IMG/VR virus record: IMGVR_UViG_3300023252_000165
Location: 1 to 43,381 of that record
Direction: 5' to 3' (one strand)
Source of the DNA: a virus
Taxonomy: Duplodnaviria; Caudoviricetes
Length of the DNA stretch: 43,381 bases
Shown here: positions 17,710 through 27,418 of the stretch, piece after piece
Numbering within the stretch: the first letter of the stretch is position 1
How the letters are laid out: every line of letters begins with the position of its first letter
Translations under genes and position numbers: made by a program
The notes under the pieces: model-generated
What the model saw: the letters and a program-made list of their open reading frames with translations, nothing else
Databases searched by the model: none
What the model was told of the DNA's origin: nothing

Positions 17710-18291
17710 TTAAGGTACAGGAACCGCATCTGTTGGTTTCTTCACTGTAGCAAAAAATGTTTCAGCTGTTGCTGTAACGCCTGTGTCACGCATATCAACT
17801 GTGTGTTTAATGATTCCATCGATTAAAGGTAACGCTTCTCCACTGAATGGATATGTTTTATAGTTTGTTTCACCTTTTTTACGTGTAGCGTTTGATTCTT
17901 CACCTGGTTTCAATTTAGCTTTTAATAACCAAACTAATTTAGAACCTGATTCAAAGCCAATAGCAATTGCATTTGGCGTATCATTTGCGTTTGTTATAAT
18001 ACCGCCGTCTGCAGACTTTTTGTGGCCGTACCAATCAACTAACACTTCTGTTGGTAAATCCGCTGTTTCACCTGCAATTGTAATCGAATCCATTTGTGAT
18101 TCTTGGTCAACAACTCGATCTCCAGCATCTAATGATGCCTCTGAAAAGTTAGGTGTTAACGTTAAAGAAATAGGCATCGTTAATGTTTTAACGTCACCCC
18201 ATGTTTCAGTTGATTCATTTGTTAAAAGTGCGTAGTGTAGACGTTTCAAACTTATTTTCTGTGGTTTTTCATTTACCGTTGTAGCTGCCAT
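17710..18291 (-). CDS. Major tail protein (phi13 family)
   Basis: 193 aa; 'LHYA', 'AIAIGFE', 'VWLLKAK' pattern; synteny. Confidence 0.88.
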   Translation of the reverse strand: MAATTVNEKPQKISLKRLHYALLTNESTETWGDVKTLTMPISLTLTPNFSEASLDAGDRVVDQESQMDSITIAGETADLPTEVLVDWYGHKKSADGGIITNANDTPNAIAIGFESGSKLVWLLKAKLKPGEESNATRKKGETNYKTYPFSGEALPLIDGIIKHTVDMRDTGVTATAETFFATVKKPTDAVPVP

Positions 18292-18311
18292 TTACATGAC
18301 CTCCTAATGTT

Positions 18312-18656
18312 TTAATATTCATCAAAAAAGACGAATCGCAACACTTTGTTAAAGTGCGAATCGCCTTCTTGTTTTGGTGCATCGTATTCAAATGTTCGTT
18401 CATAGCCTGCTGATTCCATTAATCTTTTGATGCCCTCCACAAGTTGATAGTAGTTTGGTTTTGACCAAACGTTGACTTGTATAAGTCGTTCTGTTTCTAA
18501 CTCTCTATCTGCAGCTTCAAGGGCTGGATTCGCATTAACTTCTAAGAACGTAATATATTGATCAGGGATTTTGGAACCTGTTGGAACGCTGTTAAAGATG
18601 ACTGGCAAGTTTAACGATGAAAGAGTATTTGGAATATGTTCGCTTATATCAATCAT
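18312..18656 (-). CDS. Tail terminator/completion protein
   Basis: 'YITF...IQVNVWS...MESAGY' pattern; synteny. Confidence 0.75.
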   Translation of the reverse strand: MIDISEHIPNTLSSLNLPVIFNSVPTGSKIPDQYITFLEVNANPALEAADRELETERLIQVNVWSKPNYYQLVEGIKRLMESAGYERTFEYDAPKQEGDSHFNKVLRFVFFDEY

Positions 18657-19057
18657 AATCTCAACGCCTTTTTAATTTCATCAGCCATTGCATTTATTGC
18701 TGTATCTTTACTTTTTTCAAGACCACGTGTGAAAAATGGATTTGGTGCTGTCGCTCCCCATGTTACTAATTGACGCTTGCCATTTTTTAAAGCGTATTTA
18801 CTACCTGCGGAACGTCCGAACTCAACTAAATGCGAATGATAAGCTCCTCCGGTGTGAACCTTAGCTTCTCCATCTTTTGCACGTTTAGCTTTGATATTCG
18901 ACTTTAATGTTCCATCATCTACAGGCGCTTCTTCAATAACAGCTTCTTTAACGATTTTAGCCGCCTTATTAATAGCTCTGTTTTCATCAGCTTCTTCTAG
19001 TGGTAGATTCAACAGATTTTGCATTATGGCTTCCATACCATGCATTTCAAGGTGCAT
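18653..19057 (-). CDS. HK97 gp10-like tail completion protein
   Basis: 'APVDDGTLKSNI', 'HLVEFG', 'PNPFF' motifs. Confidence 0.88.
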   Translation of the reverse strand: MHLEMHGMEAIMQNLLNLPLEEADENRAINKAAKIVKEAVIEEAPVDDGTLKSNIKAKRAKDGEAKVHTGGAYHSHLVEFGRSAGSKYALKNGKRQLVTWGATAPNPFFTRGLEKSKDTAINAMADEIKKALRL

Positions 19058-19390
19058 TTACATCACCTCCGTTACAATAATCGTTAGCCACTGGTTACGC
19101 TCATCATCATTCACTAGCGATTCAACTTCATAAAGTTTACCTGCTATTTCTACACGCATTTCCTCATGAATATCGTTTCGATAGCGAATACCTACAACTC
19201 GTTTACCTTGCCATTGCGTAGCATCTGAATTAAATACTTTGTAACCTTTTTGCGACTTTACTTCCGCCCATAATTTTTTATATGGTGTCCAGTCTTGACT
19301 AGGCCAACCGTTTACAATTTGCTCTGGTGGATTAAAGAACGTAACACGTTTATTTAAACGAGCAGCATTATTGTTGTGCTGATAGTTCAT
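19058..19390 (-). CDS. Head closure / head-tail joining protein
   Basis: 'LNKRVTF...LWAEV...IRYRNDI...MRV' SPP1 gp16-like pattern. Confidence 0.88.
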   Translation of the reverse strand: MNYQHNNNAARLNKRVTFFNPPEQIVNGWPSQDWTPYKKLWAEVKSQKGYKVFNSDATQWQGKRVVGIRYRNDIHEEMRVEIAGKLYEVESLVNDDERNQWLTIIVTEVM

Positions 19391-19700
19391 CAGGATTCAC
19401 CCACTTCAACTGTAGAATCATCGACTGTAAACCGTATGGAATAGGCTGTTGTGCTGTTTTAATTGTGGAAGGCGTAATTGCTATACGATTCTCATAAAAG
19501 TGTGTAGCGAGCATCATAACGGCTAAACGATGTTGTGCAAAAACGTCTTTGCCCTCCACAATCAAATAGTAGTCAGTTGGTTGCTTAACTCCTGCATTTT
19601 CAAGGTAGGACTGTGCTGATTGAATAAAAGTAGAAAGGGAACGATTTTCATCATCCCCATCAATTCGCAAATATTCTTTTAGTTCATCCAGTAACTCCAT
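19368..19700 (-). CDS. Head-tail connector (gp6-like)
   Basis: 'LKEYLRID...LAVMMLATHFYENR' motif. Confidence 0.9.
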   Translation of the reverse strand: MELLDELKEYLRIDGDDENRSLSTFIQSAQSYLENAGVKQPTDYYLIVEGKDVFAQHRLAVMMLATHFYENRIAITPSTIKTAQQPIPYGLQSMILQLKWVNPDELSAQQ

Positions 19701-19936
19701 TAAGCATCACTCTTTTCATCTGTGGAAGGCTCTTTAGGCGTTTGCTTTGTAGTAGCTTTTTTAGGCTCTTCTACAGCTTTTAAGAATGCTACCCCATATT
19801 CTTCATGAACTTCTGTTAAAGCTTCAGCACGTGCTTTATTTAGCTTTTTACCATCGGCTGGATATGGTTTACCAACTTCATAAACATGGCCGTCATGGTT
19901 TTTTTCTTGGAATCGATTAATTACTTCGTACTGCAT
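19700..19936 (-). CDS. Small head-associated hypothetical protein
   Basis: 78 aa 'HVYEVGKPYP'; GAAGGTG RBS; follows capsid gene. Confidence 0.7.
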   Translation of the reverse strand: MQYEVINRFQEKNHDGHVYEVGKPYPADGKKLNKARAEALTEVHEEYGVAFLKAVEEPKKATTKQTPKEPSTDEKSDA

Positions 19937-19981
19937 TTAATTCACCTTCTTTCGTTAAAATAAAAACCCCTATTCCTTTTA

Positions 19982-21217
19982 TTAAGGAGTAGGAGTTACA
20001 TCAGCAATACGGAAAGCAGATTTTAATTTAATTTTGTGATCAAACCAAGCTGTTACTACAAACTGCTCAATACCTGTTTTAATATCTTTATCACGCTCAA
20101 ATAATTCACCAATATCATAGTTAAAGTGAGAGTAAGAGAAATCACCAACAATCGGTTTTGTCGCACCATCTGCAAAGATTACTGGCTTACCTAATACTTG
20201 TTCAGGTTGAGCAGTATATAAAGTTGCATTACCATTTGCAAGAGTTTCGATAATATCAGAGTAATCCGCAAATGTCATAAAGATTTTTGCATTTTCTCGG
20301 TAATCTTCATGTAAATCTGCAATTGCTGCTTTAATTGCTTTGTATTTATCAGCACCTGTCACTACCTTAATTCCGTTTTGAGTTGAATAAAAACTCATGT
20401 GTTCTTCTCCAACTTTTGGAGTAGTTGCAAATGCAACCTTCTTCTCTTTTGCAGCAACACCGGATTTAAGTGCATTCTCTACATGTTGCACTAAGTTTGT
20501 ATCTGTACCATTTAAAACAGTTTCAGATACACCAGCAAAGACTTTGAATTTTTTACGACCAAATGATACTGTATCTCCTGTTAATTCAAGTTCTTTTGCA
20601 GTTTCTTTATCTGCAATAAAGTCGTCATCATCAAGTGTATAGCTTAATTTAGGCAGTTCTAAGTTTGGAATATTCGTTACTGCTGAATGTCCACGTAATG
20701 GATTTTTCGCTAATGGCTCCATGATAATATCATTTGAAACAGTTTTAGGTAAGAATTTGCCACCACCAGTAGACGAATCATCACCAAGCGCTGCACGAAT
20801 ATCTGTATCAATTGGCTTGCCGCGCATTGTTGAACGAATTAAAGAAGCTTTAGCAACAATCAATTTTTGTTTCGGATCTTCGATACCTGCAACACCCGCT
20901 TGTTGTTGTGCAAATTTTTCAGCTTGTTCTTTTTCAAGTTGGTCATGTTGTTGTTTGACGATGTTGAAGCGTGCTTGCAAATCCTCTTTAGATTTTTGCG
21001 CTGCTTGAATATCTTCTAATGAAGCTGATGTATCAATAGCTTTTGCTGCTAATTCATTTTCAGTTTTAGCTAGTTGTTGACCGATAGTAGACATCGCTTG
21101 TTTTAACTCATAAAGGGTTTTACTTCCTGCGAACATTTGAATGTTTAAAGGCATAAACATTTTCATTGAGTTTTTGTGATCCAAAGATTTTAATAGTTTT
21201 TTTGTTTGATTTTTCAT
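19982..21217 (-). CDS. Major capsid protein (HK97 fold with delta domain)
   Basis: Coiled-coil N-terminus, 'GGKFLPKT', 'VLGKPV', 'PIVGDFS' motifs. Confidence 0.95.
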   Translation of the reverse strand: MKNQTKKLLKSLDHKNSMKMFMPLNIQMFAGSKTLYELKQAMSTIGQQLAKTENELAAKAIDTSASLEDIQAAQKSKEDLQARFNIVKQQHDQLEKEQAEKFAQQQAGVAGIEDPKQKLIVAKASLIRSTMRGKPIDTDIRAALGDDSSTGGGKFLPKTVSNDIIMEPLAKNPLRGHSAVTNIPNLELPKLSYTLDDDDFIADKETAKELELTGDTVSFGRKKFKVFAGVSETVLNGTDTNLVQHVENALKSGVAAKEKKVAFATTPKVGEEHMSFYSTQNGIKVVTGADKYKAIKAAIADLHEDYRENAKIFMTFADYSDIIETLANGNATLYTAQPEQVLGKPVIFADGATKPIVGDFSYSHFNYDIGELFERDKDIKTGIEQFVVTAWFDHKIKLKSAFRIADVTPTP

Positions 21218-21238
21218 AAAAAATTTCCTCCTAAGTAA

Positions 21239-21991
21239 TTAAAGAATAGTTTCTAAATAAGTTAGATTCGCTTTCGAATCTGCAATTATGCGTTCACGTA
21301 ATGCTTTTTCTTCCGCACTCATTACTGGCGTGGATGGCTTTGGCTTTATAAGTTGTTGCGGTACATTTTGATATTGTTTCGCCCACTTTTCGTCAAACGC
21401 ATAAGCGACAGCTTGGTTAGCTTCAACAATTTCGTCGCAAAGACCTAACTCTAAGCACTGTTCCGCAGTAAGCCACTTATCTTCTTCAAGCATCTCGTAT
21501 AACTGTTCTTCCGTCATTTTTCCGCCAGCGCGATCTAAATAATGTTGGCACATTGCTTTGCTAATGCGTTCTACATCATCTGCAGCTTTTCTTAATTGTT
21601 TAGCGTTGCCCCAAGCACCAGTCATCGCATGATGAATCATCATTAATGCGTTAGACGGCATAATGATTCGTTTCGAAATCATTGGTAAGACAGATGCGCA
21701 AGAAGCAGCTAATCCATCAATGTGCGAGATAATGTCAGCTGGATGCCGTTGTAGCATTGCAATAATAGCCATCGCTTCGAATACTGAACCCCCGGGAGAA
21801 TTAATATATAGATTAATAGTTTCAATTCCATCACCAAGCGAATCTAGTTCATTCTTAAATGTAATTGATGAAACCTCGCCATACTCTTCCCATGCATACT
21901 TAGTTATTTCTCCATAAATAAAAACGTCAGCTGATTTCCCATCAGTAGACGCCTTCATTTGAAAAAACTTTTGTTGTTGTTTTTTATTCAC
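21239..21991 (-). CDS. ClpP-type head maturation protease
   Basis: 'INSPGGSVFE', 'DGLAASCAS', 'MMIHH'; start moved to GTG 21991 (GGAGGTG RBS). Confidence 0.93.
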   Translation of the reverse strand: MNKKQQQKFFQMKASTDGKSADVFIYGEITKYAWEEYGEVSSITFKNELDSLGDGIETINLYINSPGGSVFEAMAIIAMLQRHPADIISHIDGLAASCASVLPMISKRIIMPSNALMMIHHAMTGAWGNAKQLRKAADDVERISKAMCQHYLDRAGGKMTEEQLYEMLEEDKWLTAEQCLELGLCDEIVEANQAVAYAFDEKWAKQYQNVPQQLIKPKPSTPVMSAEEKALRERIIADSKANLTYLETIL

Positions 21992-23222
21992 TTTTCTCAC
22001 CTCCTTCCACAGTTGATGCAGCAGCAGAGGACTTACGCAACACTGGATCCATTTCTTGCGGATATAAGTCACCCGAAATCCATAGTTCGCTAGCCATACT
22101 ACCTTTAGGCGCTAAATCTTCTAGCATTCGTACTTCATCTGGAGTCATTGCGCCACAACGTATCATCGCTTGATAAAAAGCTGTACGCGCTGCAGTGTCG
22201 CCACGTAAAAGACCTCCAAGGTTGAATTTAAAGTACATACCTTGCTTTCGGTCAGCTTTCGTAAGTAATTTTCGATTAAATTCATGTTCGTATTGTCTTA
22301 CTATAGGCAACAACGTCATGTTAACGAATTGAATCATTAATTGTTCATTGGACGCCATTGTTCCGCCTTCCACATCATTTAGGAAGGACACAGGCACATT
22401 AAAAACATTGGCTACCCTTGAGCGCGTTATCCGCTCTGATGCCAATGTATCGGATGCAAAGTATTGCTTTTTAAGTTCGGTTACTTCAACACCATGCTCT
22501 TGGAATAAGATACCGCCATTTTCTGCGTAGAAACGTCTGAAATCAGCAATTATTCTATCCCGCTTTTCGGAATCAACACTAGTTGCGTACTTCAAAACGA
22601 ACGACTCTTTTTTCTCCATTTCAGATAAGCTAAATTCTTGAACAGCTTTATCGTATTTAATGGTATTGGCCAATACTTTTAGTGGCGATAACCCCCGGAT
22701 ACGCGCTGGACCACGAATATGTTTTACATGAAGCATATCGGTATTAGCAACATACATTATTTTTTGTTCGCCCCGAACTTGATACCAAAGTAAACCATCA
22801 TCTTTATTGATAAATTCAGTCACACATGATGGATCCAGTGGAACAATTTCGTTTGGTCGCAACCGTATATCACGTAAAATAATCGCGTAACCATTACCTG
22901 TTTCATTTCTGCTTACTTCTAATGCATTTAATAAATCAAAGCTACTCATATTTTGGTTTGGTTCATTTATGAGCACATCTGAAGTATCGTTTTGTATCAC
23001 ATCATAATTTTGATGTAATTTAATAGGCAATGCAGATATTGTATTAGCAAGCCGACTAATTACACTAAATATGGTTTCATTTGTTGCTAATTGGCTGTTA
23101 TCGATGCCCCAAAAGGTTCGTCCAAACCAATTGGAGAAATCCCATGTAGAACCCTTCCAACCTGTACTAGCTCCTGCATATGCCATGTACGCTGTAGTTT
23201 TAATTCGTTGCCATAATTTCAA
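21984..23222 (-). CDS. Portal protein (HK97 family)
   Basis: 'ISRLANTISALP', 'VANVFNVP', 'LLRGD', 'MTPDEVR' motifs. Confidence 0.95.
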   Translation of the reverse strand: MKLWQRIKTTAYMAYAGASTGWKGSTWDFSNWFGRTFWGIDNSQLATNETIFSVISRLANTISALPIKLHQNYDVIQNDTSDVLINEPNQNMSSFDLLNALEVSRNETGNGYAIILRDIRLRPNEIVPLDPSCVTEFINKDDGLLWYQVRGEQKIMYVANTDMLHVKHIRGPARIRGLSPLKVLANTIKYDKAVQEFSLSEMEKKESFVLKYATSVDSEKRDRIIADFRRFYAENGGILFQEHGVEVTELKKQYFASDTLASERITRSRVANVFNVPVSFLNDVEGGTMASNEQLMIQFVNMTLLPIVRQYEHEFNRKLLTKADRKQGMYFKFNLGGLLRGDTAARTAFYQAMIRCGAMTPDEVRMLEDLAPKGSMASELWISGDLYPQEMDPVLRKSSAAASTVEGGEKSE

Positions 23223-23236
23223 TTTCTCACCTCCTT

Positions 23237-24940
23237 CTATAAATCATGAATAGAGATGAAGCTGATGTTGCCATCTCCACTTTCAAAAGTTGCGTACCTC
23301 GCTTGGACAAATGCTGTAATAACTGCAGCAATAGGGTCTATTCGCTCCCGTGACTTTGATTTTGAAAGCTTTATACTCTCATTAGCTGCCATTTCAGCAA
23401 TTGCATTACCGACTGCCCAGGATAGTACTTTGTCACCAACATGAGTGATTTTCTTTTGATGTTCATTATTCTGATACACGTAGTCTCTAAATTCCTTCGT
23501 AGGCTCAGATAATGTAGGGAAACCTTGCCGGACTTCAACAATTGTTAGCCCATAGTTAGCCATGTTTTGAGCGAACTGTGTGGCACCATATGGATCGTAG
23601 CAAAATAGAATGACATTTAATTCATTGTTATTAATGAAATCCATTATCCACTGCTCTACAAAGCTATAATCAACTACCGCACCAGGAGTAACATCCATCC
23701 AACCTTCCTCTATCCACACATCATATGGCACTTTATCTTTAGCTCTACGTTCTGCCAAGGCTTCTTCTGGCATAAATGAATGTTGACCAACATGAAAGCC
23801 ATAGTCAGTAGGGAACACATATCCCACTGAAGTTAAGTCAATCTTTTTTGATAAATCGACTCCGATATAAACATCACGACCATTCATCTCAAAGGCTTCG
23901 ATTTCTCCCGCTTTCCACTTATTCGCAGGAATGTAGCCCCCTTCTTTCATATCCACCCATATATTCATTGTTTTTGTTAAGAATGACCGCATTTTTTCAG
24001 GAACATCCAAAGCTGTTTTTAAATCAGAACGAATAGAGGCAAGCCCTTCTTCGTACGTAGCAACAATAGGATTTGCCTTAATCCAATTACTCTCGTCCTT
24101 AATGTCATCCCCTGGATCTAATTCGCAAATGATGCCAAAGTAATCATCATTCTCTGTATCATCATCAGGATTTAATATACGTGATACATATTGGTACTCA
24201 ACAAAACATGGCCGACTTAAATCAAATCCTGCTGTGGTAATGACAAACATCAATGGCTCCTTACGAGCAACCATCCCTGAAAGCAATACATCATAAATTT
24301 CAGATGTAAGATGATTGTGGTATTCGTCCACAATGCCTACTGACGGGTTTTTACCATCACCCGTTTTACGTGTCTCACGTGATAACGGAACAATGACAGA
24401 ACCATTGTTAAAAACTTCGATTTTCCCGTATGCTTCTTTCCATCTTCCTTGTAGGAGGTCACTCGAATTAATTCCATCGCGAACTGCAATATATACCTCG
24501 TCTGATTGGTCTTTTTGCCATCCAGCAATGTACATACGTTGTTTTTCATCACCAAGGAAAGCAATGTATGAACCTACGATTGCTAAGAATTGCGATTTCG
24601 CATTTTTACGCGCGAGTTGTATATAAACCTTACGGAAACGGCGAGCACCATTTCTCTTCTTTTTGAAACAGAAGATATTTACAGATATAAAGAGTTGGAA
24701 ATCATTAAGTTGAACCTTTTCACCAGCTAATACACCTTCAACGTGTTCAAACTCATTAGCCCACCAATAGAAATCCTCGGCCACTTCTTCATCAAAATAA
24801 AAAGGACTGTCATCATTTTGACAATCCTCATAGTCTTTTAAGAAGCGTTGAATGGCCCATTTATGTTTAATACTAGCCTTAATTTTTCCGCTTAGAATAT
24901 CATCACAATAATTAAATACACGATCTAAAACCCAATTCAT
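23237..24940 (-). CDS. terL: Terminase large subunit
   Basis: Walker A 'ARKNAKS', Walker B 'IVDEYH', 'ITTAG', nuclease 'GVDLS' and 'RIDP'. Confidence 0.97.
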   Translation of the reverse strand: MNWVLDRVFNYCDDILSGKIKASIKHKWAIQRFLKDYEDCQNDDSPFYFDEEVAEDFYWWANEFEHVEGVLAGEKVQLNDFQLFISVNIFCFKKKRNGARRFRKVYIQLARKNAKSQFLAIVGSYIAFLGDEKQRMYIAGWQKDQSDEVYIAVRDGINSSDLLQGRWKEAYGKIEVFNNGSVIVPLSRETRKTGDGKNPSVGIVDEYHNHLTSEIYDVLLSGMVARKEPLMFVITTAGFDLSRPCFVEYQYVSRILNPDDDTENDDYFGIICELDPGDDIKDESNWIKANPIVATYEEGLASIRSDLKTALDVPEKMRSFLTKTMNIWVDMKEGGYIPANKWKAGEIEAFEMNGRDVYIGVDLSKKIDLTSVGYVFPTDYGFHVGQHSFMPEEALAERRAKDKVPYDVWIEEGWMDVTPGAVVDYSFVEQWIMDFINNNELNVILFCYDPYGATQFAQNMANYGLTIVEVRQGFPTLSEPTKEFRDYVYQNNEHQKKITHVGDKVLSWAVGNAIAEMAANESIKLSKSKSRERIDPIAAVITAFVQARYATFESGDGNISFISIHDL

Positions 24941-25455
24941 AACCTATCACCAAACCGCTTCTGCGCCTCGCTTTTGCCCTCCACAGTTGAAGGGGAAGGG
25001 ATAACCAATTTCAAGCGAGATGTAATAGTAAGACCAAGATCAGCAGCTGCAGAACGACATTCGTTAAACAATGTATTTTTCGTACGTTGCAATTTTGGAT
25101 AATCCTCATTTGCAATCACTATTTTCTTACCGTTTTCCTGTTCGATTGTTTCTGTTGGCTTTATTTTTCGTATATCTTTCACCAACTGCAAATACTGATG
25201 TTTTGAGTCCAAATATCTTGCTAATGAATCTATATCAAGCTCACTGAATATTTCAAGGGCAACGAGCTTTTCAGCAATCTCTGTAAATTCCTTCTTTTGA
25301 GTTGCAGTTAAATACGATGGAATTTCAATGTTTTCTGTAGGTCCGCGCATCTTTTCTTCATGATTTTGACGCTTTTTTATTTCGTCCTTTGTTAAATGCT
25401 TAGATCGCCCATTCCCTAGAATCACTTGCAACGGCTGCTTATTTCGACCTGCCAT
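24937..25455 (-). CDS. terS: Terminase small subunit (P27 family)
   Basis: 'MAGR...P', 'AADLGLTITSR' motif; directly upstream of terL. Confidence 0.92.
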   Translation of the reverse strand: MAGRNKQPLQVILGNGRSKHLTKDEIKKRQNHEEKMRGPTENIEIPSYLTATQKKEFTEIAEKLVALEIFSELDIDSLARYLDSKHQYLQLVKDIRKIKPTETIEQENGKKIVIANEDYPKLQRTKNTLFNECRSAAADLGLTITSRLKLVIPSPSTVEGKSEAQKRFGDRL

Positions 25456-25504
25456 ACTATCACCTCACTTTCATATTTCATTAGATTTCAAAAAAATATT
25501 TTAA

Positions 25505-25582
25505 AAACGGGTTTTTCTGCGCGGAAAACGGTCATCCGGTGTAGGACGCTTTCACTAAGTAAAGTGAAATGGAGGGGGGCTA
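25505..25582. other. Probable cos packaging site
   Basis: GC-rich non-coding island between HNH and terS; candidate cut region around 25529-25538 (CGGTCATCCG). Confidence 0.55.
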
Positions 25583-25584
25583 CC

Positions 25585-25965
25585 CTATGATTTCCCGTAT
25601 TTCCGTACATCCTCATACGTCTTCTTGATATGACACGACCGACAAAGCAATTGTAAGTTTGATTCTTCTAATCTTTTTGACCAGTCTATGGACAGTGGAA
25701 CAATGTGGTCGGCAATTACACCAACTGTTATTCGTTTGTCTTCCAGACATTGAGAACACAATCCGTTATCTCGAATGCGAATATAATCCCGAACTCGTTT
25801 CCAAGAAGCCGAATGGTAAAACTGGTCGTGTTTCTTATTTCGTTGGTACTTGTCGTAGTAACGGTTGTTGTCTGCCTTCGCTGTCTTGTGCTGTTCACAG
25901 TATCCTTCACGTGTTAGCTGTCCGCATCCAGGCTTGTTACATGGTCGTAAGGGTTTACTGTTCAT
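25585..25965 (-). CDS. HNH endonuclease (terminase accessory)
   Basis: 'RDNGLCSQC...DHIVP...NLQLLCRSCH'; N-terminal CxxxxC..CxxH. Confidence 0.93.
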   Translation of the reverse strand: MNSKPLRPCNKPGCGQLTREGYCEQHKTAKADNNRYYDKYQRNKKHDQFYHSASWKRVRDYIRIRDNGLCSQCLEDKRITVGVIADHIVPLSIDWSKRLEESNLQLLCRSCHIKKTYEDVRKYGKS

Positions 25966-26272
25966 GTGCTGCCATCCCTTGTTTGATAGTGTCCATACGT
26001 TCTTTTATGTCTACCTTTAGCCTGGACTCCTCTTGCTTCAGCTGCACTAGCTTGTCACCATCAGCCCACTTCATCTTGCGGTGTAACTCTCGCATCTTCG
26101 CTTGATGTTTACGTATTGATTCGTCTGTATAAAAACAGACATACTCACGTCCACAGTTAGGACAGGTGAAGTATGTCTTCTCGATTGTGTTATGAAGTTT
26201 GTCTTTCTTAAAGTGTTGTACATAAAACTTGTGACCACATGACTTGTTACACTTAGCGTAGATTGGTTCCAT
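25955..26272 (-). CDS. Zn-ribbon hypothetical protein
   Basis: CNKSCGH and 'YFTCPNCG' knuckles followed by coiled coil. Confidence 0.75.
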   Translation of the reverse strand: MEPIYAKCNKSCGHKFYVQHFKKDKLHNTIEKTYFTCPNCGREYVCFYTDESIRKHQAKMRELHRKMKWADGDKLVQLKQEESRLKVDIKERMDTIKQGMAAHEQ

Positions 26273-26275
26273 TGT

Positions 26276-26491
26276 TCAGTCCTCCCATACTCTGTTAGCT
26301 GATACGCTACGAATAAAACCATATTCTTTATCAAAATACTTCACAGTAAAATTATGTTGTCCTGGTGATATGTGGTCTCTAGTTGTGTAATTGTATTGAA
26401 GGTCAATGATGGCATCTATATATTTACCATTCAATTTAATCTTCGGTGGTTTATTAGCTGAACCCATCTTAATAACAATTTCATTTGCCAT
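26276..26491 (-). CDS. Hypothetical protein
   Basis: 71 aa; GGAGG RBS; in operon with the Zn-ribbon and HNH genes. Confidence 0.7.
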   Translation of the reverse strand: MANEIVIKMGSANKPPKIKLNGKYIDAIIDLQYNYTTRDHISPGQHNFTVKYFDKEYGFIRSVSANRVWED

Positions 26492-26524
26492 TCATTAGCC
26501 CTCCACAATTCATAATTAATTGCA

Positions 26525-26562
26525 TAATAAAAAGCCACATCTCAAATGAGTGTGACCTTCAA
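26525..26562 (-). terminator. Moron terminator 1
   Basis: ATAATAAAAAGCCACA...TGTGACC. Confidence 0.65.
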
Positions 26563-26568
26563 TAATTG

Positions 26569-27312
26569 TTATCCTTGTTCAAAACTCTCATATAAATTAC
26601 TCAATTCATTTTCAAATGAATTTATTTGCTCTGATATTTTATCATATACGAATTCAAATCTATCGTTAATTATTATTATCTTAGGCTCATTATCCTTGAA
26701 CATTTCAACATATGTATTATATTTCTTTTTAGCCCCTGAAAATTGCATTAATAAATCATTAATATCTAATGTTAAGTCTTTAAAATACTTTATATGATCT
26801 TCTTCAATATCAGATATTAATTTTTTAAAGTGACTCTTGAATTTGTAACATTGAACATACGTATTAATGAATTTATCTCTATATGTTTGAACATCTCTCA
26901 TCAATGCTTTATTCGAAAATTTAGTATAGTCGACTTTCTCTTTACTTCGATTAGCTATATAATTCAAATGGTCATATACATATGTAGTCCATGCTCCTTG
27001 CAGTTCAAAAAAAGAAGATCTAGTTTGTTGTAAGATCTCGATAGCCTCTTCAGCCTTTTTCATTTTAATTTCTAATAAAATTCTTTTTCTTTCAATTTTG
27101 TCTTGCCTATCTAACTGTTTCGTTAGCTGCATACGAGCTATCAAATATGCCGAGAGAGCTCCTATTGCACCTCCTATCATACTTAATAGTCCTCCGATAA
27201 TCGTTGCCTTATTAGGACTATCCTCGCCAATAACTTGAATCGTCATTGCTATAATCCCAAACAAAAATACTCCTACAAAAATACAGAGTATTACTTCTAA
27301 GACTCTTTTCAT
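26569..27312 (-). CDS. Membrane-anchored moron protein (2 TM plus helical domain)
   Basis: 247 aa; AT-rich; 'GGLLSMIGGAIGALSAYLIA' TM; own promoter, RBS and terminator. Confidence 0.8.
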   Translation of the reverse strand: MKRVLEVILCIFVGVFLFGIIAMTIQVIGEDSPNKATIIGGLLSMIGGAIGALSAYLIARMQLTKQLDRQDKIERKRILLEIKMKKAEEAIEILQQTRSSFFELQGAWTTYVYDHLNYIANRSKEKVDYTKFSNKALMRDVQTYRDKFINTYVQCYKFKSHFKKLISDIEEDHIKYFKDLTLDINDLLMQFSGAKKKYNTYVEMFKDNEPKIIIINDRFEFVYDKISEQINSFENELSNLYESFEQG

Positions 27313-27375
27313 TTACATTCCTCCATAATTTACTAATATTATCTTATCATGGAGAAATGTTGACGACTACAATCA

Positions 27376-27412
27376 TAATAAAAAAGCCACACCTTGTTAG
27401 ATGTGACTTTCA
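27376..27412 (-). terminator. Moron terminator 2, paralogous to terminator 1
   Basis: AATAAAAAAGCCACA...TGTGACTTTCA. Confidence 0.65.
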
Positions 27413-27418
27413 ATGCAG

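Noticed and set aside
17700-17720. +1 frameshift extension of the major tail protein at CCT TAA (SPP1-like)
   Set aside because: A terminator and the next gene follow within about 70 nt, leaving no room for an Ig-like domain
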